Below, piece after piece: positions 22,678 through 32,401 of a stretch of 44,818 nt of DNA. A program made the position numbers and the translations under genes. This DNA comes from Octopus bimaculoides (lineage: Eukaryota). The notes under the pieces were generated by a model. That model worked only from the letters and a program-made list of their open reading frames with translations, was not told where the DNA came from and did no database searches. How positions within the stretch are numbered: position 1 is the stretch's first letter; each line of letters opens with the position of its first letter. Location: NCBI RefSeq assembly GCF_001194135.2, contig NC_068992.1:24530715-24575532 (forward strand), written 5' to 3'.

Positions 22678-22915
22678 GGTGATGAGCTGGCAGAATCATG
22701 AACATGCCTAGCAAAATGATTAGCAGCATTTTTAGACCTGTCTTTACATTCTGAGTTCAAATTCCACTGAGGTCAACTTCGTTTTTCATCCTTCCGGGGT
22801 CGATAAATTAAGCACCAGTTACATAGTGGGGTCGATCTATTCGACAGCCCCCACCTCCCCCAAAATTTTGGTCCTTGTGCTTAGCGTAGAAAAAATTGTT
22901 ATTATTATTATTATT
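22632..22915 (+). mobile_element. SINE family B (B2, 22676-22895) embedded in (TTA)n on both sides
   Basis: (TTA)n-AAGGTGATGAGCTGGCAGAATC...GAGTTCAAATTCC...GGTCCTTGTGCTTAGCGTAGAAAAA-(TTA)n. Confidence 0.88.
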
Positions 22916-23122
22916 TCTGAGTGAGAGAGCGGTGCATGCCACCAAAGTGACACTGGGATAAAATATACTAAGCCCAGTATACCCATCATGACTATCTGTG
23001 TGATAAGGGCACACCAGGCACATGCATCACAACCAAATGTGCACAACATGGTGACCTCATATCAAAATTAACAGCGCATGACCTTGCAGGTGGGGGCCCA
23101 GTTAGAACTTTCTTCAGGTTGA
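22916..23122 (-). mobile_element. (AAT)n-tailed retroposon 3' fragment, family not identified
   Basis: Minus strand ends CCCAGTGTCACTTTGGTGGCATGCACCGCTCTCTCACTCAG-AAATAATAATAAT and shares the microsatellite with the adjacent B2 tail. Confidence 0.55.
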
Positions 23123-23554
23123 AATACCGCTAAGTATTTCGTCCAGTGTGCTATTACCGATATTATGGCAGTAACAGTAGCAATGAGCTGATAGAATCGT
23201 TAGCATATCAGGCAAAGTACTAAGATCCTGGAATCAAACAGGCATGATGAGTCAATAAATAAGCAATTTCTCTTTTCCTTATCTATAATCATTATGTCTG
23301 GTCTATTATCCTTAAATTAATTGTAAGGCATAAATATGTTTTATAGTTATATGCATGTTTTAATACAATACATACACAGACATGCATTATATAGTTTTAA
23401 AACAAATGGTGCAACAGATGCTCCTATATGTGTAAAAGCATAATAAATATGAACTTTATAATAAGTATTGTGTACATCTTTCGTATGATATCAAATTACT
23501 TTTATTATAACCTGTCACGAAAACACATTAATGACATTAATATAAGTGTGCCAT

Positions 23555-23870
23555 CATCATTTTAATGTCCATTTTCTATGACGGCATTGGTTGAATGATT
23601 TGAAAGGAGCTAGCCAGCCAATTGTCTATTGTGGCTTGTTTTCTATGGCTGGATGCCCTTCCTAATGTCAACCACTTTACAGAGTATGCTGGGTGCCTTT
23701 TACGTGCCACTGGCATGAGTATATTGTATGTGACACTGGTACCTGGAAAGGACAAATCTATATGTATGGATGTCAGTGATTTTATTTTGCTTGACATATC
23801 TTCTCAAGTACAGCAAATCACTACAATTTCTGGTCCCTTCTCATTTCCTCAGTGAGGTATTGAAGGGGTT
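23555..23870 (-). mobile_element. RTE LINE 3' end (ORF C-terminus + UTR)
   Basis: Minus translation LTEEMRRDQKL**FAVLEKICQAK* at ~23780-23860, then the family C UTR with (GAT)n tail. Confidence 0.75.
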
Positions 23871-24202
23871 TGTGCCATTTTGAATGACCAAAGCTGTAGA
23901 GAGGCAGAGACTGGTATCTTGTTGTAGAGTAAATATCTGGTCACCCCAGTTGGAAAAGAAAGGAGATTGACTGAATGTGTGATATAAAGGGAGCAATATT
24001 AACACAATACCTTCCATAATTCTATTAACTGGAATTTTTTATGAAACTTTGATTTCTAGCATAAAACAGCCTTAGAAACATGCTGGAATGATCAAAATAA
24101 CATTTCAAAATAACATTTTAAATAGAAATAAGCGAGATATTCGGTGAAAAATTAGCGAACCTCATTTGAATATCAGAGAAATATACCTAAAGTTATCTTC
24201 TA

Positions 24203-24394
24203 GAGTCATGCTGACTCTTAAGGGCTGGTTTTTCGAGTCATGCCGATTCTTAAGGGTTGGTTTCTCGAGTCATTCCGACACTTAAGGGCTGGTTTCTCGA
24301 GTTGTGTTGACTCTTAAGGGTTGGTTTCTCGAGTCATTCCGACACTTAAGGGTTGGTTTCTCGAGTCATGCTGACTCATAAAGGCTGGTTTCCC
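24203..24394. repeat. Six tandem copies of a 32-bp unit
   Basis: Consensus GAGTCATKCYGACTCTTAAGGGYTGGTTTCTC; units start at 24203, 24235, 24267, 24299, 24331 and 24363. Confidence 0.97.
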
Positions 24395-24590
24395 AGTTTC
24401 CATGGTGAATAAATTCTCCACATGGACAGGACACCAGTCCATCACAGGGTTACTCATTTTTTGCCAGCTGGAGCAATGTGAAATGAAGTGTTTTGCTCAA
24501 GAATACAATGCATCACTCAGTCCAGGAACTGAAACCACAATTTTACAATCGTGAGTCCAACACTCTTAACACTAAGCCACATGCCTCCAC
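24203..24590 (-). mobile_element. SINE family D head + body D3 (V/Nin-like central motif), 3' end tandemly amplified
   Basis: Minus strand: GGAGGCATGTGGCTTAGTG..TTCAGTTCCTGG..TTCTTGAGCAAAACACTT (CORE-like)..GAGTAACCCTGTGATGGACTGGTGTCCTGTCCA..GGAAACTGGGAAACCAGCC, then the 32-bp units. Confidence 0.8.
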
Positions 24591-25060
24591 TAGAAAGGAG
24601 GTGACTGGTGGAGACAGTAGGAAGGGAAAAATAAGAAGAAATGGGAATGGTTTGAGGTAGGGAAATAAAAGTAACTGATAAAGCTGTCGGGTGGGGAATG
24701 TAGTATATGCCTTCTCTACTCTCAAATAATAGAGAAGGAATATTTATTGAGCTTTTCTAACAGTGGAACTTGAAGAAGATAAAGCTACACACAATAGTTC
24801 ATAAATCATTGGGGAAAAAATTGCCAAAGGCTAACTATGGGATGCAAACCCACAGCTTTTGTGGGCATAACAGGTGTGCTACCGTTCAATATGACTTTCA
24901 ACATTTTCATCTATTGAAGGTTTTTTTTTTCTTTTTTTTTGGTTTTCTTTTAACGAAATGTTCTACATTTACAACTTTATCTACTTTGAGTTGCACCATT
25001 GAAAATAGAATTATTTATTCCATATCTCTGGAAATTTCCAAAAAAAATTTCTTATAGCAT

Positions 25061-25061
<1 letters not shown>

Positions 25062-25103
<42 letters not shown>

Positions 25104-25108
25104 CACAC

Positions 25109-25142
<34 letters not shown>

Positions 25143-25232
25143 AGATATAGATATGTATATGTAGACACATGTACAGATGCATATATACACTTGTATATAC
25201 ACTTGTGTTTTGTTTTTATTTTTGCATTTACA

Positions 25233-25284
<52 letters not shown>

Positions 25285-25443
25285 ACATATACATATATAT
25301 ACACATATATATGCATACACACATATATATGCACATAAACACATTTATGTATACTCACATATATACATATATATATATACACATATACATATATATCAAT
25401 ACACACACATGCATACACATACATATACACACATGTGCATATA

Positions 25444-25482
<39 letters not shown>

Positions 25483-25680
25483 GCATATATATATGCATAT
25501 TCATACACACACGCACATACATATATATACATTCACACATACATATATACATATTCATATACACACAGGCACATCATCATCATCATCGTTTAACGTCCGC
25601 TAGCATGGGTGCACACACATACACACACACGCACACACACACACACACACACACGCACACATGCACGCACGCACACACAC
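25062..25680. repeat. Compound CA/TA/TG microsatellite with a family C tail tip at ~25573-25610
   Basis: Directly visible; CATCATCATCGTTTAACGTCCGCTAGCATGGG is embedded. Confidence 0.9.
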
Positions 25681-26161
25681 TTGCCTTCGCGTATGTGTTG
25701 CATTCTCACTATCGAACTACCTGCAACCAAACAGTCCATTAAAAATAGCTTGACAATATTAAGTAGTACCATTTTGTTATATTGATCTCTCATATTGGCT
25801 TATAAAGTATGTTTAAGTGCAACTAAAACATTTAGTCTGATATGACTTAACCAATAATTCTAATGTTGATGTAAATGGTATTCAATAAAAATAATTTATG
25901 ATTCTGTTGTTACGTTAGGCTAGCCTCGTCTCAATTTTAATTGAACCAGACCTGAATTATTGATTTTAGAGATCATAAGTTTTATATCGGCATCAGGTTT
26001 TACCATGACATAGAAGTAACGGTGAAAATTTCTTCTAATTATTATTCGCTTGCCTGATATTTTTGCAGTAGATGCCATAATGAGCATATTCTGATGTTAC
26101 GCCAGATACAGCAGTTGGATGTACCTGAGATGTACATGTGATGATCAGAAGAGGTGTAAAG

Positions 26162-26240
26162 CAGTGCTTCACAAAGTATCTGATGTGGCATACCGGTAGT
26201 TTTTTTACCCAATGTCCCAGGGACCGGTAATATTTCTTAG
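26162..26240 (+). mobile_element. Possible hAT-like terminus
   Basis: CAGTGCTTCACAAAGT resembles Charlie-type TIRs (CAGTGNTTCNCAAA). No partner end seen. Confidence 0.3.
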
Positions 26241-26321
26241 TAATATTAATTTATACCAGAAACAATATATATAATGAATATGATTAAAGCTGACAATTTT
26301 TTTCATCTTATATTTATTTTA

Positions 26322-26649
26322 GGCGCAGGAGTGGCTGTGTGGTAAGTAGCTTGCTTACCAACCACCTGGTTCCGGGTTCATTCCCACTGCGTGGCATCTT
26401 GGGCAAGTGTCTTCTACTATAGCCTCGGGCCGACCAAAGGCTTGTGAGTGGATTTGGTAGACAGAAACTGAAAGTAGCCTGTCGTATATATGTATATATA
26501 TATATATATGTGTGTGTGTGTATATGTTTGTGTGTCTGTATTTGTTCCCCCAACACCGCTTGACAACCGATGGTGGTGTGTTTACGTCCCCATAACTTAA
26601 CGGTTCGGCAAAAAAGACCGATAGAATAAGTACTAGGCTTACAAAGAAT
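26322..26649 (+). mobile_element. SINE family A (head + microsatellite + tail 1), truncated by gap
   Basis: GGCGCAGGAGTGGCTGTGTGGTAAG...GGTTCATTCCCAC..TTGGGCAAGTGTCTT...GAATAAGTACTAGGC. Confidence 0.92.
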
Positions 26650-26973
26650 NNNNNNNNNNNNNNNNNNNNNNNNNNNNNNNNNNNNNNNNNNNNNNNNNNN
26701 NNNNNNNNNNNNNNNNNNNNNNNNNNNNNNNNNNNNNNNNNNNNNNNNNNNNNNNNNNNNNNNNNNNNNNNNNNNNNNNNNNNNNNNNNNNNNNNNNNNN
26801 NNNNNNNNNNNNNNNNNNNNNNNNNNNNNNNNNNNNNNNNNNNNNNNNNNNNNNNNNNNNNNNNNNNNNNNNNNNNNNNNNNNNNNNNNNNNNNNNNNNN
26901 NNNNNNNNNNNNNNNNNNNNNNNNATATATATATATATATATCAACCATCGTCATCATTTAATGTCTGTTATA

Positions 26974-27372
26974 TTCTTTTGTTCTTTTATTCTTTTATTT
27001 GTTTCAGTCATTTGACTGTGGCCATGCTGGAGCACTGCCTTTTAGTCGAACGAATCGACTCCGGGACTTATTCTTTGTATGCCTAGTACTTATTCTATTG
27101 GTCTCTTTTGCCAAACTGCTAAATGATGGTGATATAAACACACCAACATCAGTTGCCAAGCGATGCTGGTGGGGGAGCGGCAAACACAGACACACAAACA
27201 TATATATATGACAGGCTTCTTTCAGTTTCCGTCTACGAAATCTACTCACAAGGCTTTGGTCATGCCAAGGCTATAGTAGAAGACACTTGCCCAAGGTGCC
27301 ACACAGTGGGACTGAACCTGGAACCATGTGGTTGGTAAGTAAGCTACTTACCACATAGCCACTCCTGCGCCT
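26974..27372 (-). mobile_element. SINE family A, full length
   Basis: Runs from the tail (TTCTTTTA)n to the head end GCCACTCCTGCGCCT. Confidence 0.92.
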
Positions 27373-27418
27373 ACATGCATTCCTTTATATTCCTTCAAGA
27401 CTGGACCGGGACAGACAA

Positions 27419-27690
27419 GTGAATGCAACTGGAAGATGATAGCTGTGTGAGGAATTGGCAACAGATTCAAACAAAATAGAAACTGATAGACGAAAAAGAC
27501 TGAAGAAGACATTTTAAAAAATGGTGAAAGATCTCAGAGTGTTGACACTACAGGCAAAAGATGATGATGGACAAGTGGCAAGAAACTGACCGGTACAATC
27601 CCTGAAACTACAGGCAAAAGATGAAGATGGACAAATGGCAAGAGACTGGTCTGGAGATGACCTGTACAGTCCTTGAAACTATGGGAAAAA
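27419..27690 (+). mobile_element. Decayed RTE-like ORF C-terminus with a local ~60-bp duplication
   Basis: Frames give MQLEDDSCVRNW and LKKTF*KMVKDLRVLTLQ, resembling RTE MRMDEDSCVKKC and RKTWDEVVK.DLR. Duplicated units start at 27547 and 27607. Confidence 0.5.
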
Positions 27691-27764
27691 TTATGTAAAA
27701 CGATGATGACATATATATGTGCGTGCATGTGCATCTGTATGTGTGTGTGTATATGTGTGTATAT

Positions 27765-28030
27765 ATGTTTACCTGTCCCAGAAAGCACTTTCTCTTTGTC
27801 CTACTTCCGGTCATTTCAGAAATGTAACTAAACATGGACTGTTGGCAATTTGTTTCCACCTTCTTCCTTTTCTTTAGGATTTTCCTACGTCTCGTGTTTC
27901 TGAAGAAGAGCTTTGCTCGAAATGCAAAACAACCACTCTTTCTTTTCTTCTCTGAGCGTTTCATTAATATCTTGCATGTACTACATCCTCATGTTTTGGG
28001 GTTTTTTTGTTGTTTTTTTTCCCTCCATTT
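27765..28030 (+). mobile_element. Penelope-like element terminal (pLTR/3') fragment
   Basis: Contains CTGAAGAAGAGC..GCTCGAAA, the hammerhead-type motif typical of Penelope termini, followed by pyrimidine- and T-rich sequence. Boundaries uncertain. Confidence 0.55.
27895..27931 (+). ncRNA. Minimal type I hammerhead ribozyme motif (degenerate)
   Basis: Stem I TGTTT/AAACA; core CTGAAGA; stem II GAGC-TTT-GCTC; GAAA; cleavage triplet reads GCA instead of GUH. Confidence 0.55.
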
Positions 28031-28052
28031 TTTAAAATTAATTATAAATATA

Positions 28053-28214
28053 GGCGCAGGAGTAGCTGTGTGGTAAGTTGCTTGCTTACCAACCACATGG
28101 TTCTAGGTTCGGTTCCACTGTGTGACACCTTGGGCAAGTGTCTTCTACTACAGCCTTAGGCCAACCAAAGCCTTGTGAGTGGATTTGGTAGGCAGAAACT
28201 GAGAGAAGCCAGTC

Positions 28215-28248
<34 letters not shown>

Positions 28249-28479
28249 ATGTTTGTGTATCTGTGTTTGTCCACCCCCAATATTGCTTGACAACCGATAA
28301 CTTTGCCCCCCACCCCATCAACATCACTTGACACTATACCTTTGTGGTTCGGCCTAAGAACCAGATAGAATAAATACTAGGCTTACAAAGAATGAGTCCT
28401 GAGGTCGATTTGCTCAACTAAAAGGTGGTGCTCCAGCATGGCCACAGTCAAATGACTGAAACGAGTAAAAGAATAAAAG
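28053..28479 (+). mobile_element. SINE family A, full length
   Basis: Runs from GGCGCAGGAGTAGCTGTGTGG to GGTGCTCCAGCATGGCCACAGTCAAATGACTGAAACGAGTAAAAGAATAAAAG. Confidence 0.92.
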
Positions 28480-28796
28480 GATGAATGAATGAATGTATAT
28501 ACAGGTACATGTGTCTGAGTATATATCTTGTTTTTAATCTTTTACTTGTTTCAGTCATTTGACTGCGGTCATACTGACATATATATGTTTGTATGCATGT
28601 ATTCCATTAGTTTCCAATATAATTCTCATATCGTACCTCAAAAATTGAATACTGCGTAACTCCAATAACATTTTTATATATTATTTTCCTTTTTTATTTA
28701 TACATACATACATATACATAAAATATATATATATATATATATATANNNNNNNNNNNNNNNNNNNNNNNNNNNNNNNNNNNNNNNNNNATATATATT

Positions 28797-29146
28797 TCAT
28801 GGCACTCCATCGGTTACAATGGTGAGGGTTCCACTTGATCCAATTGACAGAACAGCCTGCTTGTGAAATTAACATGCAAGTGGCTGAGCACTCCACAGAC
28901 ACACGTACCCTTAACGTAGTTCTCATGGAGATTCAGCGTGACACAGAGTGTGACAGGAGGAAGAAAGAGTGAGAGAAAGTTGTGGTGAAAGAATACGGCA
29001 AGTTTCACCACTATCCCCTGCCTGAGCCTGGTGGAGCTTTAGGTGTTTTCGCTCAATAAACACTCACAACACATGGTCTTGGAATCGAAACCGCGATCCT
29101 ATGACCATGAGTTTGCTGGTTTAACCACCGGGCCATTGCACCTCCA

Positions 29147-29147
<1 letters not shown>
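28797..29147 (-). mobile_element. tRNA-derived SINE, family G head + D1/G tail
   Basis: Minus strand GTGGAGGTGCAATGGCCCGGTGGTT..GGTTTCGATTCC (B box). Tail GTGTCACGCTGAATCTCC..AAGGGTACGTGTGTCTGTGGAGTGCTCAGCCACTTG is shared with 41857-42146. Confidence 0.85.
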
Positions 29148-29180
<33 letters not shown>

Positions 29181-30030
29181 NNNNNNNNNNNNNNNNNNNN
29201 NNNNNNNNNNNNNNNNNNNNNNNNNNNNNNNNNNNNNNNNNNNNNNNNNNNNNNNNNNNNNNNNNNNNNNNNNNNNNNNNNNNNNNNNNNNNNNNNNNNN
29301 NNNNNNNNNNNNNNNNNNNNNNNNNNNNNNNNNNNNNNNNNNNNNNNNNNNNNNNNNNNNNNNNNNNNNNNNNNNNNNNNNNNNNNNNNNNNNNNNNNNN
29401 NNNNNNNNNNNNNNNNNNNNNNNNNNNNNNNNNNNNNNNNNNNNNNNNNNNNNNNNNNNNNNNNNNNNNNNNNNNNNNNNNNNNNNNNNNNNNNNNNNNN
29501 NNNNNNNNNNNNNNNNNNNNNNNNNNNNNNNNNNNNNNNNNNNNNNNNNNNNNNNNNNNNNNNNNNNNNNNNNNNNNNNNNNNNNNNNNNNNNNNNNNNN
29601 NNNNNNNNNNNNNNNNNNNNNNNNNNNNNNNNNNNNNNNNNNNNNNNNNNNNNNNNNNNNNNNNNNNNNNNNNNNNNNNNNNNNNNNNNNNNNNNNNNNN
29701 NNNNNNNNNNNNNNNNNNNNNNNNNNNNNNNNNNNNNNNNNNNNNNNNNNNNNNNNNNNNNNNNNNNNNNNNNNNNNNNNNNNNNNNNNNNNNNNNNNNN
29801 NNNNNNNNNNNNNNNNNNNNNNNNNNNNNNNNNNNNNNNNNNNNNNNNNNNNNNNNNNNNNNNNNNNNNNNNNNNNNNNNNNNNNNNNNNNNNNNNNNNN
29901 NNNNNNNNNNNNNNNNNNNNNNNNNNNNNNNNNNNNNNNNNNNNNNNNNNNNNNNNNNNNNNNNNNNNNNNNNNNNNNNNNNNNNNNNNNNNNNNNNNNN
30001 NNNNNNNNNNNNNNNNNNNNNNNNNNNNNN

Positions 30031-30088
<58 letters not shown>

Positions 30089-30294
30089 GTATATATATGT
30101 GTGTATATATATGGATATATATATACAAATTTATATATGTATGCCCATGTATGCACACCCACACATGCACACACACACATACACACACACACATATATAA
30201 ACATGTATGTTGTTACAAATGAAAAAGAAATCTATTCTATAATTTGGTTTTTAAAGTCAGTATAATAAATTTGCATTTTATGCAAATTTATGAA

Positions 30295-30590
30295 CTCTCT
30301 CCCTCTTTTTCTCTCTTTCCCTCGTTTTTCTCTCTCTCTCCATCTTTTTCTCTCTCTTTCCCTCTTTTTCTCTCTCTCCCTCGTTTTACTTTTTCCTTCT
30401 CTTTCTCTCTCTTTTTCTCTCTCTCTTTCCCTCTTTCTCTCTCCCTATTTTCTCTCACTCTCTATCCTTTTCTCTCACTCCCTCATTTTTCTTTCTCCCT
30501 CGTTTTCGTTTCTCTCTCCCTTTCGCTCTCTCCGTTTTTCTCTCTCTCTTTCCCTCTTTTTCTCTCCCTCCATCTTTTCTTTCTCTTCCT
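30295..30590. repeat. CT-rich low-complexity tract
   Basis: Directly visible. Confidence 0.9.
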
Positions 30591-30815
30591 TCATAAGCAT
30601 TTTGTTATTGTTAGCAATGTGATGTGTTCTCTCTATTCCTAAGTATACATCTTCACATATGCTTTCCAACCTGCACAAATACAGACCCGAAAATAGAACT
30701 GTTGACGAGGAGCAAAATTAATGAGTAAAGCTGTGATGTTACCATTGTGTTGTCTGTGGGTGCATACAGTATGGCCAAATCAGTCTTGTTATGTCATGGA
30801 AGGGCCACTGCACCA

Positions 30816-30851
<36 letters not shown>

Positions 30852-30852
30852 G

Positions 30853-31051
30853 TCCTTTCTACTGAAGGCACAAGGTCTTGAAATTTGGTGGGGATGGGGA
30901 ATAGTTGATTACATCGACCCCAGCATTTCATTGGTACTTAAATTATTGACCCTGAAAGGATGAAAAGCAAAATCGACCTCATCGGAATTTGAACACAGAA
31001 CATACAAGCATTTTGCCCAACGTGCAAACAATTTTGCCAGCTCGCTGCCTT
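30853..31051 (-). mobile_element. SINE family B (B2) between (AAT)n tracts
   Basis: CCTTTCTACT..GGCACAAGG..GAAAGGATGAAAAGCAAAATCGACCTC..TTTGCCAGCTCGCTGCCTT. Confidence 0.88.
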
Positions 31052-31085
31052 AATAATACTAATAATAATAATAACAATAATAATA

Positions 31086-31462
31086 TTACCAGCAGATGAC
31101 AACGTTTCTCTAAAAGAAATGGAAAAACTTTCAAAATACAAAGACCTGGAAATAGAGGTAACTTGAATGTGGAATCTAAAAACAGAAACAATTCCTATCG
31201 TAGTAGGTGCCTTAGGTATAATAAAAAAATATTCAGACAAATACATAACAAAAACACCAGGACTTATAAATATATATAACATACAGAAAATTGCACTACT
31301 GGGTACTGCACACATTCTACGCAAAACACTTTCAATACAGTAACCATAAGAGCACCACAGCAAACCACAGCACATACCCAAGGCGCACAGAGCTGTGCTC
31401 GGTAGTGAAGTGAAAGCACGTTATAAAAATAAAACTACTGAACAATAATAATAATAATAATA
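31086..31462 (+). mobile_element. R4/Dong-like non-LTR retrotransposon 3' end, family 1 (restriction-like endonuclease C-terminus + 3' UTR + (AAT)n tail)
   Basis: 31086-31343 translates LPADDNVSLKEMEKLSKYKDLEIEVT*MWNLKTETIPIVVGALGIIKK..IQKIALLGTAHILRKTLSIQ*, with one premature stop. Confidence 0.85.
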
Positions 31463-31468
31463 AAAATA

Positions 31469-31673
31469 AGGATTTCAAATTTTTGTCACAAGGGTAACAT
31501 GGGGGAGGAGAATTAAGTCGATTACATTGAGCCCCCAGTCTTTCACTGGTACTTAAATTACCAACCACGAAAGGATGAAAAGTAAAGTCGACTTTGGCAG
31601 GATTTGAACTCAGAGCGTAAAAGAATGGCAAAGTACCACTATGCATTTTGCCCAGCATGCAAACGATTCTGCC
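31469..31673 (-). mobile_element. SINE family B (B2) between (AAT)n tracts
   Basis: GGATTTCAAATTTTTGTCACAAGG..GAAAGGATGAAAAGTAAAGTCGACTTTGGCAGGATTTGAACTC..AAACGATTCTGCCA. Confidence 0.85.
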
Positions 31674-31712
<39 letters not shown>

Positions 31713-31713
<1 letters not shown>

Positions 31714-32232
31714 GTGGACTTGACAGTGCAAAAAATTGGTATGACCACAAAGCTGAAGGCATCATTGAAAATAGAAATGCAAAGATCTTATGTGATTTTA
31801 TGATTCAGTGCGACCATGAGATCGAGAATAGGAAGCCGAACATAGTCTTAATTGAGAAAGAACACAAACTATGCTGGATCATAGCATGCCCAGCTGGCAA
31901 CAAGATATGCGATAAGGAAGAAAGAAAAGTTGAGAGATATGACAGGTTAGCTTGGGAAATTAAGCAGTTGTGGTGGATGAAAAAGGTAGCAGTAGTACCA
32001 CTAATTGTCGGAGCCCTGGGAACAGTGAGCAAAAATCTCGAGAAGTACATGGAACAAATAGGGGCTGCAATAAGGGTGCAGCACTTGCAGAAAACAGCAC
32101 TGCTTGGAACCGCTCGAATACTCCGTAAGGTGCTCGAAAAATAAGAGTTGTTACCTTAGTTCACTGATAGTGAACAGCTGACCCCATAGTACATCTCCAG
32201 CATTAGAAGCTGTGCAAAGGTAATAATAATGA
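31713..32232 (+). mobile_element. R4/Dong-like non-LTR retrotransposon 3' end, family 2
   Basis: Open frame to the stop at 32144: WYDHKAEGIIENRNAKILCDFMIQCDHEIENRKPNIVLIEK..KEERKVERYDRLAWEIKQLWWMKKVAVVPLIVGALG..LQKTALLGTARILRKVLEK*. 3' UTR ends in TAATAATAAT. Confidence 0.9.
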
Positions 32233-32401
32233 GAATAATAAACAAGGTAGACTTTGATGAGAGAGGGCATGTCATTGATGAAGTAATGAACAGTGATGAA
32301 AGGACTTTGACAGACAAACAATCAAATGATAGCTTAACGAGCATATTAAATAAATGATCAATTAGTTAGTTGATTATCTATCTTACTGAATGATTAATGA
32401 T

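Noticed and set aside
24203-24394. Regular 32-bp repeats as a CRISPR array (likewise 18985-19262)
   Set aside because: The units are contiguous with no unique spacers, there are no cas genes, the context is eukaryotic, and both arrays lie inside retroposons.
27834-28076. Plus-strand exon or ORF (DFPTSRVSEEELCSKCK..) and a promoter-like ACTTCCGG at ~27802
   Set aside because: Better explained as a Penelope-like terminal fragment containing the hammerhead motif; the frame stops after 25 codons.
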